DNA of 64,000 nucleotides, from the NCBI GenBank assembly GCA_039621445.1, contig CP154954.1:8248634-8312633 (forward strand). The letters run 5' to 3'. The position numbers were made by a program, and so were the translations under genes. The notes beneath the pieces are model-generated. The model ran no database searches, was not told the origin of the DNA, and was given only the letters and a program-made list of their open reading frames with translations. Of the stretch, positions 1 to 52,000 are shown in pieces. The first letter of the stretch is position 1. Each line of letters begins with the position of its first letter. This stretch comes from Euglena gracilis. Lineage: Eukaryota.

Positions 1-52
1 ACGCATTGCGCCTGTGCCACGTTTTCATGGGTGTGTGCATGTGGGGGGCCAC

Positions 53-40187
<40,135 letters not shown>

Positions 40188-40234
40188 CTGTAAATGGCCT
40201 CAGCAATTCTGAGGGGCTGAGAAATCAACTGGGC

Positions 40235-42578
40235 CAGGCTTTTGCTTAAGGACCCCCAGGGGGGGGGGTACTGTCTAGCCAATCGACTAGACACTGAAAA
40301 AAATGGACTGCAGGGGGGGGGGATGCGCTCGCCCGGCCTCGGAAAAAAATGCGCAAAAATGCGCAAAAAAATGCGCAAAAAATGCGCATTTTTGACAAAA
40401 TGCGCATTTTTGGGAAAAAATGCGCAAAAATGTGCAAAATCCGAGAAAAAATGCGCAAAAATCACGAAAATGCAAAAATTACCCAAAAACATGCAAAAAT
40501 GGCACCAAATTTGAAGAAATTATGCAGAATAATGAGGAAAACGTACGTTTCAAAAAAAGTCAAAAATTTCTAATTTTTGCAAAAAAAAATTGCAAAAACG
40601 GTCAAAAAATGCGAAAATTTTGGAAAATCACGAAAAAATGTGCCAAAAAGCAAAAAAAAAATGTGCTAAAAACGTGTTCAGCCCGCCAAATGCCTGCCCT
40701 GAAATTCGTGGTCATGAACACGTTTTCAATGAGGGCATTTGTGGCAATGACACGTTTTCAGTGAAGGCATCCGGGTTCAGGCACGTTTTCAGTGAGGGCA
40801 TCTGTGGCAACCCTGAGTAAAAAGCAAAAAACAGTATCATGAAAAATCGGCGTGTGGTTGCGAGGCCGGGTGGTCCTCAACCAGTGAGGCGGGTCGGGGG
40901 CACTCTACAACACAACAGAAGGCTAGGTTGCCTTGGAGCACAACGAAACAGAGTGGCGGACATCACGGCACACGACACGCTTTACACAAAGAAACCGTGT
41001 TTGGGCCGATTTCGAGACTTTAAAAGTCTTAAATCTTCGCCCAAAACACGGTTTCAAACAAGAACAGTGTTTTGGGCCAAGGTTTTAGGGGGGCCCAGGG
41101 GCGACCGCGGCGCCTTCGGCGTCGCGGTCCCCGCCCCTGGGCTCCCCCTAAGTCTTGGCCCGAACACAGTTTCTTGACACAAAAGAGCCATACTTTGGCT
41201 CTTTTGCCAAATCTTGGCAATGAAAATGATATGCCAATCACAGACAACTTTGTTCACAGACAACTTTGTTTGTTTGGCGTCACAGACAACTTTGTTCAGC
41301 TCCACACAATTTGGATTTTTGGGAATGGTAACACCACAAAAACCACATTTCTCGTGTTTTATTGGCAGTCGGGACACAGCACGAGGCACAGGGGGTTGGT
41401 CAGGGGACCACACACTGTTCGATGACGCTCGCCTCATCGAACAACAGGCTGGGTTCCAGCTCCCATCCCGTCCAGGCAACAAAGAAAGCATCCAGCTCAG
41501 GTTAACAGGCTTGCCGATGTTGACACAGTTTGGCGAACTCCAAACAGTTGGCAACAGCAGCAAGCTCTGCACCTACGGAGCCGGACTTTTTCTTTGTGTT
41601 GCCCTGTGCCAGCAAGGTGCCATGAAGGGGGTCCGTCCTAGGGGGAGGTGGCAAAAGACCATTCACAAAGTTTGCCGTGCGTTTGGCCATATTGGCAGGG
41701 CTGCGGGAATAAAGAAAAAAAGAAAAAAAGGGGGGGGTGACACGTTTTCAGTGAGGGCATTTGTGGCAATGACACGTTTTCAGTGAAGGCATCCGGGTTC
41801 AGGCACGTTTTCAGTGAGGGCATTTGTGTCAATGACACGTTTTCAGTGAAGGCATCCGGGTTCAGGCACGTTTTCAGTGAGGGTGCCGTTTTTTGGGTCC
41901 GAATTTCACAAATTGGCGTTTTTGACCCCTTGCGTGAATCATGACCACGAATTTCAGGGCAGGCATTTGGCGGGCTCTGAAAACGTTTTTAAACAAATTG
42001 TGGCTGAGCCCAGATTTCAGCCTGAAAACGTGTTCAGGGGCCCCCTTCGGGGGCCCCTGGCTGAACACGTTTTCAGGCTGAAATCTGGGCTCAGCCACAA
42101 TTTGTGTATAGAAAAAAAACGAAAAAATGCGCAAAAAATGCGAAAAAATGCGCATTTTGGAAAGTTTGAAAAAATGCGCAAAAAATGCGCAAAAATGCGA
42201 AAAAATGCGAAACGCATTCCCCCCCCCCTGTGGACTGGCTAGGACCCCCCCGGGGGGGGCCCGGGGTCCCCCCCACTGGAAAAAAATTTTCCTCCGGCGC
42301 TGCGCGCCGAGGTGGAAATGAGGGTTCTAAGAGGTTTTTTGGCTGATTGTGTTCCAAAAATTCCCAAAAATGGCCAAAAACGGGCATTTTTGGCCATTTT
42401 TGTGGGTCCCAAAAATTTATGTGGGTCACTGGAAAAAAAATTTCCACTAGCTAGCCCTGCTAGCAGAACCCGGCCAGGGGGGGTTTGCTAGAAATCCCAC
42501 TAGCCAAATTTGGACTAGCTGCAGCCCAGCCCCCCCCCCCCCCGGGGGGGGTACTGCAATCCCTTAAGCAAAAGCCTG
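40235..42578. mobile_element. Family-A MITE interrupted by nested insertions (including a CAG-G-run-ended element at 40311-42230)
   Basis: Family-A left end at 40235 and right end at 42578. The interior is split at TGGACTG, which is duplicated around 40311-42230. The outer TSD is poorly conserved. Confidence 0.65.
40668..42111. mobile_element. Hairpin element with about 1.2 kb internal cargo
   Basis: IR pair about 40668-40717/41939-41990, hairpin 41996-42104, tail GTGTATAG. Confidence 0.6.
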
Positions 42579-43445
42579 ATTGGGGGGGGGGGTGTTTTGG
42601 TGTTTTGTTTTGGTTGTTGCGGGGACGTCCCTTGGGGGCCAGGTTGTCCAGTTCAGTTCATTTTTGGACCCCTCATTCCCTTTGTCCAGTTCAGTTCCTG
42701 ACTCCACTTTTTGGACCCCTCATTCCCTTTGTCCAGTTCAGTTCCTGACTCCACTGGGGGGTCCGGGTGACCGCCTCCCCCCCCCTTCCTAGAACCTGAC
42801 TGGACTGGTGGACTCGACAAAAATTGGCCCCCAAAATGGCCGAAAATGGCCAAAATGGCCATTCTCAAAAATTATTAAAAAATTCATCAAAAATTTAAAA
42901 AATATTCAAAAATTTATTTTTGAAAAATACTTATTTTTCAAAAAATTTCGGCACTTTGCGCTCCCCCCCCCCCCCGTCCAGTTGAGTTCGCACAAATCTA
43001 CGGTCCCTCGCCATATTTCTGGAAGGGGGAAACGTTTCGGAACACTTCCCTTGTCTCCACACAGAATACTCTTACTCTTCAGTGGAATGAAGTGTACCGG
43101 CATCCGGAATTCGCTTGGAGTATGTTTCCATGGAAGTCCATGGTCTCCAATCAAGGTTGTGCAATTAACCGTCATTTTCAAGGTCAAGCGATTAACCATG
43201 GTTAATCAGGGGCCAGGCGTCGATTTCGCAATTTTTGATTAACTGTGCCTTTCCCTCGATTAATTTTGATTAACCGCCACTGGATCATTTTCAAAAAAAC
43301 AAAAACAAAAAGCAACATCCGGCGTTAGCATGGCTGACTCCCTGGGTGGTTCGGGACGCGGGGGGGGGGGACTGTGGCCCGGCTTCCCCCACACATTTTC
43401 TTTGACGTCATTACGGAAAAATGTGCCGAGCCAAAATCCGGGACG

Positions 43446-43482
<37 letters not shown>

Positions 43483-44311
43483 GGGGAGAAAATGTTGCAT
43501 CAAAGAGAGTTTTAAATGTGACATTTTAAGGCTTTTGGAAAGGATTTTTCATCCACATTGGCATTGCACAAAACCTTGCAATCTTCTTTGAAGAAATGTT
43601 CCCAACCTCAGACATCTCTTCTTCTACAAAGAAACAGAAGAGATTGATTGGGGGGGGGTCACAAGCGATTAATCAATTTTTAATCAACTGTGGTTAATTG
43701 TCCCCCCACAAACGAGCAATTAATTGGGGGGGGGATCACAAGTGCATCCAGGGAGGTGGCTCCAATTGTTCTGCCCCCAGTGGATTTAAAGCTTTGGTAT
43801 TGCAAGAGTATGCGAAAAGAGTCCACATCAGACGTGCAAAGGAAAGAGTTATTGCAAAAAGGTGTTCTCTGAATGATCCTTGTGTAACCACTTGGCATCT
43901 CCAGAAGTGGGGGGGACTTTCACCGGTTTTGCCAAAGTTCCAAAACTCAGAAAAACACCAAAATTTAGGGGGGGACTTCAGGGAGGGAATGCACGGCCAG
44001 GGTGTGTACAATGGGGTCCAGCCCTCCCCCGCAGTATCTGGCCTCCCTGATGCCAACCCATTTCAGGGATAATTCTTGATTTGGGAGTTTTCGCCAAAAA
44101 ACCAGCACAGCACTGAAAATGGTGCCCACCAGCGCCAACCACCGGTCTCACAAAGGGCCCTGTTGGTTGTCGTTGAGAAAAAGGTGTGAAAACGGTACTT
44201 GTCTGTTATCGCACGACGGACCCCCCCCCTTTTGGTTATCGCACGACGCCTTCATTTCCTCTTCCGGTGACTATATAGGGTTATTGGGAGGAATGGGGTT
44301 AGGATTAGGAC

Positions 44312-44723
44312 CAGGCTTTTGCTTAAGGACCCCCGGGGGGAGGGGTACTGGCTAGCCAATCGGCTAGACACTGGAAAAAGTGGACTAGCTAGACCCCCCC
44401 CCTCCCCCCCCGGGGGGGAGGGGGGGTCCGGGGGTCCCCCGGACTGAAAAAAAAAAATTCCTCCGGCGCACAGCGCCGGAGGGAAAATGAGGTTTTTAAC
44501 AGGTTTTTGGCTGATTTTGTTCCAAAAATTCCCAAAAATGGCCAAAAACGGGCATTTTGGGCCATTTTTGAGGTCCCAAGAAAAATTTTCGGCGCTTCGC
44601 GCCGGTCACTGGAAAAAAATTTTCCACTTGCTAGAAAACCCACTAGCCAAATTTGGACTAGCTGCAGTCCAGCCCACCCCCCCGGGGGGGGGGGGGTATT
44701 GCAATCCCTTAAGCAAAAGCCTG
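44312..44723. mobile_element. hAT-type MITE, family A
   Basis: TIR CAGGCTTTTGCTTAAGG/CCTTAAGCAAAAGCCTG; TSD ATTAGGAC/ATCAGGAC (7/8). Confidence 0.9.
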
Positions 44724-45001
44724 ATCAGGACCTGTCGTTGTGCCCTTTTCGAGTTCGGCCAAATTCAGGCAAATTTCCTTGTTTCTCCATGTTCTTTCAG
44801 GGATGGCAAATCCCCCCTTCCGGGCCGAACGGTCGGCGGCCTTTATCTTTCTTTCTCCCTGCCGGTCTGCCGCCTTTGGGTTTCCCCTCGTGTGGTGTGC
44901 CAAGGGGTACGGCAGGGTGTCTCCCTTCAAAATAACCACAAAAACCACCCAAAACGGCTGAAACAAACCCCAAGGGAAAGCATTCTGGCCGTTCAAAGGG
45001 C

Positions 45002-45233
45002 GGTACTTGTCTGTTATCGCACGACATACCCCCCCTTTTGGTTATCGCACGACACCTTATTTTTAGTCCTATGGGGTTATTTAAGGAGTAGGGTTAGGTG
45101 CGCACAGCCCATGTAGCGCAACATTGCCTGTGCGCACCTAACCCTACTCCTTAAATAACCCCATATTAACCCAAAAAAAGGGCGTTGTGCGATAACCAAA
45201 AGGGGGTATGTCGTGCGATAACAGACAAGTACC
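45002..45233. mobile_element. Foldback MITE with GGTAC ends
   Basis: Almost fully palindromic 232 bp; perfect TSD CAAAGGGC. Confidence 0.9.
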
Positions 45234-45929
45234 CAAAGGGCGTCGTGCGGTAACCAAAAGGGGGGAGGTCCGTCGTGCGATTACAGACAAGTACCGTGAA
45301 AACTTGGTCAACCTCCCAAAAAAAGTGCTTTTTGGGAACAGTTTTTCGACCCTTGCTGAGGATTTTGACTCGACTTTCCCTGGGGGTGGTCTCGGACCCT
45401 CATCACTGTGCTGTCCCGATCCAATTGGATTACCAGGGCTCCCAAGGTCAGGATTTGGGCTTAAATTTATGCCTAAAGAGTATGAAGGTAAACCTGAATT
45501 GCTGACCCTGACCCTGCTCGTTCATAACCCAAACTTTCGACAGAGAAAATTTCACCGGCAGTCGGATGTAGCCAATGAAGAATCTCAAACCCAAGGTTCA
45601 ATTTGCAAGGACAGCATTGTCAAAAGACATCAACTTGCAAAGTTTGGTTGAGGGGATGGAAAATCCAAGTGCCAAGTTGTGCAAGCCATTTCTTCAGTCG
45701 CAGGTGGCCAAAGGCAAACCTGTTATCGAACTGGAATGTGCTCCAATAGAGATTAAAAGTAGATAAGAGATGATTCTTGTACGCATGTCTAAAGAAAAAA
45801 CCAAATGATGATGACCACGATCAAAAGACCAGAGAGAAGCAAAGCTTCAATTTGACCAAGAAATTTCCGCGGAAAGAATGCCCAGTTCGCGAAAATGTAT
45901 GGCAATTATTATGCTTTCCTCACCCAGCC

Positions 45930-45956
45930 ATTTTTTTTTGTTTGTTGTGAGTGAAG
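45930..45956 (+). promoter_or_regulatory. Possible spliced-leader trans-splice acceptor upstream of IFT52
   Basis: T-rich tract followed by AG 16 nt before the ATG. SL trans-splicing is known in Euglenozoa; this is inference only. Confidence 0.3.
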
Positions 45957-45972
45957 ACACTATTGAGTGTCG

Positions 45973-46077
45973 ATGAATGAAGAGCCCATTGTTCGGGGGG
46001 ATCCAAAATCGCATGAAGAGAAGGATGAAGAAAAAGGCGGGAAGCCAATAATCCTTTTCAATGCTTGCAAGAAGGAG
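45973..46077 (+). CDS. IFT52: IFT52 exon 1
   Basis: ATG at 45973, 105 nt ending ILFNACKKE|gtgtgg. Confidence 0.85.
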
Positions 46078-49000
46078 GTGTGGGGAGGTTGGCGTAAGAA
46101 CTATTTCGAAGATGTGTCCCCAGCATGAAGCCCGTCCTCATTTTTATCTGCCCTTTTCTCAGATGTACACTGCAGCCCAAGGTTACAGGCAGCTAAATCG
46201 GAAGCTCAAATCAACGTACAAAGTTGACTTGTATGCCCCACTGCTTTGTTCACTCCATTTAAAGCGCTTAGCAGGAACCAATTCTGGGGTGGGGTCCGTC
46301 CCGCCTCCTATGTTGGGGTGTTGCATGTCTCCGGCATCTGACTTGCAAATGGATTGAATTATCCCTGGTTGAAGATCGTCTGTCTCCCTGTACTGCGGGG
46401 TGGGGGGCGGGTCCGGGGTCCAAGGGAGGAGGAGGCGTCCAACTGCAGCCAGGTCTTGGGAGATCAGGCAGTGGACTTTGGTCATTTTGCAAGGGGGCTT
46501 CTTCTGAGTATGGGGGTGTTTGATGGTTGGGTTGGGAGGCTAGGCACAGCGGGGGGGGTGAGGGGGGGGGTGAGCTGCCGCGGGGGGGGGGGGGAGGGGG
46601 TCCGAGGGCGGCCGCGTGGGCGGCACGCGTCCCAAAATCGGTGTTTTTCGGGTCCAAAAAGTGGTCATTTTTGGCCATTTTTGGACCATTTTTTTCCAAA
46701 AAAAGATGCTTTTTGGCCACGCATGGAACACGCAACCCCAAATTTGTCCAAAAATGTCATTTTGGGCCATTTTGGCCTCAAAAAGTCGGATTTTTCCCGA
46801 GGTTTTTTTTTCTTGGGGAAGCTGGGCACGGGGGGTGTCGAGGGGGGGGGGGGCGGGGGGTCCAAGACCTCCCCCCCCCCAGGCTAGGCTAGGCGCGAGC
46901 AGCGCGCCTAGCCCCCTTGGGTCGCCGGACCGGTGCTTATCTGTTGTTCTATGACCCCCCTTTCAGTTATCCTATGACTCCTTCTCTTCCTCTTCCGGGG
47001 TAATGTTGTAAACTTGGTTAGGGTCAGGGGTTGTCATTGTGAACCCCATTCAAGTTCAGTGTTTGAACCTTCTGTACATACAGTCTACAATGCCCCCCTT
47101 ACTGTTTCCCTCCTTGCTGTTCCCATTGGGGAGATGGGAACAGCACAGTGTCAGGGCACTTTTTGTTAGGGTTAAAAACGGAAATTTTTGGTTGGTTCCA
47201 CGTGCTCTGCTTCCCATCAAACTCCAAACCAACACCAAAATGGATATTGGAGGTGCAATTTTCAAGCATGTGAAGGCTTCATTTTGCCATTTTAAGCCGG
47301 CGTTTGAGACGCCGGGCTCAGGACAGAACCGGCGTCCCCCCCCACGGGCTTTCGGACGCCGGTTCTGTCCTAAAGCCCGGCGTTAGGAACGCCGGCTTTG
47401 TCCAAAGCCCGGCGTCCGATTTTCATTCCAAAAAATGTCACCAAAAGTGCCCAAAAGTGGCCCTAAGGTGCTGGTATGAGTGTTTCAACCATCAAGGACA
47501 ATGAATTTTGCCATCTGGGGACCACTAGGGTGGATATCCAAATTTGGTGAAAATTGGCCCAGATTTGGAAATAGAGTACCGTGCAGCGTGGAAAGGTCTG
47601 ATGAGCACCGCTGGTCGTCTGTTGAAAAGAGCTTTCGATCGAGGGGTAACTTGGTACCCTAACGTTGCACGCAGCCCGAGATACGCTCGCGATCGTCGGA
47701 TCGGACAGAATCTGAGTCGAAATTTGTCGCAATTTTCAGTGATTTTTGGTTTAAGATGCTTAATAAACCTTACAGAAACGTTTTTCCTCTTCGAATCAAC
47801 GACCTGAGGGCCTTGGGGGGGCACCAGAGTTGTGAAATTAGGATTCCCCACTGACAGAAAATAAGACCTCCAGGCGACGTGGCTGAATTTGGTGGTGATC
47901 GCCAGTCGTCTGATGAAAAGAGCTTTCGATCGAGGGGTGATTTTATACCTGGACGATTGACACAGCCAGAAATACCCTCGCGATCGCCGGAATTTGGTGA
48001 GAAGTGCAAAGTGGTGTGACATTACAGTTAAGTGGTCGGAGATTGGTCCTGGGAGTTTTCTTTGGCCGAATGGTGTGGACGTCGGTTCTGTCCTGAGCCC
48101 GGCGTCTCTAAAACGCCGGCTTAACCAAGAGGTCTCGGACGCCGGTTCTGTCCAAAGCCCGGCGTTCCAAACGCCGGTTCCGTCCTTCGGACGGAACCGG
48201 CGTTTGGAACGCCGGGCTTTGGACAGAACCGGCGTCCGAGACCTCTTTTTTGTAGTAAAGTGACCTTTTAGGTCTAGCTTGGCTGGTCAGTTCCGTGGGA
48301 ACAGTGAGGGGGGGGGGGGGGGCGGCTTGTCCCCCGTTGCTGTTCGGTGTTTGTTCTCTGCACGACCGCCACCTAACCCCAACCCTAATTCAAACCCAAA
48401 CCCTGACCCTGACCCTAACCCTGACCCTACCCGAACCCGACCCTGACCCTGACCGCGTTCCAAGGACCAAAATCCGACTCTGCCGTTGGGGGTGGTCGTG
48501 CAGCGAACAAGAATCGGTACTTGTCTGTTATCGCACGACATACCCCCTTTTGGTTATCGCATGACGCCCTTTTTTTGGGTTAATATGGGGTTATTGAAGG
48601 AGTAGGGTTAGGTGCGCACAGGCCATGTTGCGCTACATGGGCTGTGCGCACCTAACCCTACTCCTTCAATAACCCCATAGGACTAAAAATAAGGTGTCGT
48701 GCGATAACCAAAAGGGGGGGTATGTCGTGCGATAACAGACAAGTACCCAAGAATCTACTGCCCCCCCCCCTTGCTGTTTCCATGGTCCCAAAAGGGGGCC
48801 ATAGGACGGGAACAGTGAGGGGGGCATGGTAATGTGCATACGGCGGGGACGCCATTTTGTGGCCCAATTTAGACACATGCAACTTGGGCAAAAATCAAAA
48901 ACCATGCGGGAAAAAAACTGGGTGGCCCATTAGTATGGAGGCTGCCATCGTCCCGAGCCCCCCCCCCCCCAAATGGTGGACTTCAGTGGTGAAGTTCAAC

Positions 49001-52000
49001 GAAATGGTCATTTTTGCAACAAAAAAAAAGGCACAACATTTCACACATCAAAACTTCACCCTGCCTGGACCGGCGGCCTGCCCGACAGCTGTGGGCCGGC
49101 AAATGGAGTGTTTGTTGTCCTGGAGGTCAGTCGTGGGAATCAAAATAACGTTCGACAGGGCTTTTAAGGGATTGGACGGCTCCCGGTTCTGGCCTGGGGG
49201 GGGGGGTAGTGGGGGTCGACCATGGTCGCTCTCGGTCGCTATGGGTAATTCCTACCAGGATTTTTTTTCACCTTTTTTGCCATGTAGCGGCGTAGGCAAC
49301 TGTTCCAGGGCCCTAAAATAACAAAATCCCTTGTGTGTGTAACGCCTTTTGCTTGTATATTGCGGCAATTTGCCCGGTTAAACACTTTTTGACATTCACA
49401 GGCCCACGACCAAGAGCGACCGAGAGCGACCATGGTCGCTCTCGGTCTACCCCCACTACCCCCCCCCCCCAGGATATAGCAACCCCCCGGATTGGACACC
49501 ATTTTGGAGATATTTTGATAATTTCGATTTTTGGGACCAAAAAACCTAAAACAGGCTGTATTTGGGGTCAGGCGCGCAGCTGGCCCGTGGCCTGAACAGG
49601 TTGATTCAAGATCTAGGGCTTGATTTTTAGTTCCCCTGTGAATTCCCCAACATTTTGTTAGGAGCAGTCGGCCGGCTCAACAGTCTAATGTCCAATTTTC
49701 TTGTTCACGACTATTCTTTTTGGGCATGAACAATTAATCCTGTTCAGGGGTCCCGAATGAATCATCGACTGGTTGACTTGTTGTCCCAACCTTTTTGGGA
49801 GGTCCCCCCAGAAACCCCACACCTTCCAAAGTTTCAACATTTTCTCAAAATTTTGATTTTGAGAGGTTTTTGAAGCAAAAAATGCCATTGAAACCGTGTC
49901 TGGGGTTCCGGTTTCATGCCCGAACCGGCGTCTGGGACGCCGGTTCGGGCGGGAAATTTCTGCGCCGAACCGGCGTCCCAGACGCCGGTTCGGGCGTGAA
50001 AACGGCGTCTGGGGGACCCAAAATAAAAAGTGCCAAAAAGTGTCCAAAAGGGTTTGTAGATAGGTGGCATTCATATTTTAGCAGTTTTTGGGTGGTCTTG
50101 GGCCAAAAATTGGGTTTTTTTGAGCAACAATTTCCTTTTGGCCAATTTTGGAGAATTTCTGAAATAGAATACCATGCAGCATGACAGAAATCTAAGGCCA
50201 TCTGCAGAAAGCCCTTGAGAAGAGCTTTCGATCGATGGGCAACATGGCAGCTGAAAAGTGGAATTTCAGATATGCAAATGGGGTCCGAAAAATGCGGAAA
50301 AATGCGATCGCTGATTTTGAGGGCGCTTTGCAATCTGGCTGAGTTCTGTGGGTACCAAGCGAAAGGTGTTGGCGAGACCTTTCGTTTGATATGCAATATG
50401 CAACCTGAGCAGTGGGATTTGACAAATTAGGATGTCAAATTTTGGAATACACGATCGCTGAAAATAAGCGCTGCATGCATTATGGTCGAATCCTGTGGCC
50501 ATCTGTCGAAAGCCCTTTAAAAGAGCTTTCACTTAATGGGTAACATGCCTTCATAAGTATGAAATCTGCCATTTTTGACCGGCCGCCCATTTGGGCCAAA
50601 ATTGCCCAAAACTGCCCCAAACATGGGTATTTTGGGCGAAATTGGCCGTGATTCCCTAGCCGCCGGTTCGGGCATGAAACCGGAGCCCCCTAGCCACGGT
50701 TTCAAAAACTGTGTCCCAGACGCCGGTTCGGGCGGGAAACCTGTGCCTGGGACGCCGGTTCGGGCTACCGCCCGAACCGGCGTCCCAGGCACAGGTTTCC
50801 CGCCCGAACCGGCGTCTGGGACACAGTTCTCGATATAGAAAATACAAAAAACTTCCAAGAGAAAAAATGTCAGTAAAATTTAACTGTGCCAAAATTTGGT
50901 CCAAGTATTTTGACCTTCGTTTTTTTCACCCTCCTCCTAAAAACTACCATTTTTCAACCTGGAATTTTTGAGGTTTTTTTTGTTAAAAAATGCGGTTTTC
51001 ATTCTCCCCTCCTCTCCAAAACCACCGCTCACCCTGGGGACCCCCCCCCCCAGGGGGCCCAGCGCTGGACCCACACACCCCCCCCCCTTCCCCTCCCGGG
51101 GGGGGGGGGGGGTGGAAATTCCCCCCCCCCCCCAAAGTAAGACCCCCCAAAACAAGACCCCCCTGAGAATCCAAAAAGTACTGCCCCCCCCCCCCCAAAT
51201 AATACCCCTTCGGGATTTTTTTGTGGGGAAATCAAAAGTTCATGCTGAAAAATACGGAAAGAAGGAAGAGTTACTGATGTGAGAACTGTGTCCATGACAC
51301 CGGTTCGGGGTTACGGACACAGTTGTTGAAACCTTGTTTTAGGGGCTCTGGCTTCCCGCCCGAACCGGCGTTCATGAACGCACAGTCATTTGTGACTCCT
51401 CCATGCAGATTTCTTCTAAATGTACGCCGGCCAGGTTGTTGCCGTCTCACTATGCGCTGCCCCAACCCCCCACACCAGCTGAATTTTTTGGTTTAGAGGC
51501 TGCCACCGCACCTCAGACAACAGCGAAGCACAAATTTTTGTTTGGGGACACGTTTGTCGACAGTTGCCCCAGTGGTGGACTTGCAAAAAACAAAATAGTG
51601 GCTCCTGTCATTTGCCCTGGCATTTTGCGTGTGCTGGGTTAGTGCTGCCTCCCCGTTATGGCTCCTGGGTGTGTCCCGACTGTAAATAAGTGGCCTTTGG
51701 CTGCCTCGGAGCAATACGTTTGCCATCGTGTAATTGCCACGGTTGTGACACTAACCTGTTTGCCTAGCACACATACCCCTCCGCTTTGAAAATTTTGAAA
51801 AAGGGGGGGGGGTAATGCGGTTGATTGGCTAGTCGGCCCGACCTCCAGTGGTCGGCCCGACCTAGGTCGGTACGACCTCCAGGATTGTCATAGCCAATTA
51901 TCCGCCCGGGGCCGGGGCGCCGGGCGGCTCGCTTCGCTCGCTTGCGCCCGGCGCCCCTGCTGAAACCATGTTTGGGCCGATTTCGAGACTTTAAAAATCT

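Larger units (their letters stand above)
44194..45295. mobile_element. GG-ended TIR element (Merlin-like) carrying two nested MITEs
   Basis: TIR GGTACTTGTCTGT(T/A)ATCGCACGACGGA; perfect 8-bp TSD GTGAAAAC. Confidence 0.85.

Noticed and set aside
48370-48455. Telomere-like CCCTAA/CCCTGA run
   Set aside because: Short, degenerate and internal; similar motifs occur inside the local repeat elements, so it is not a chromosome end.
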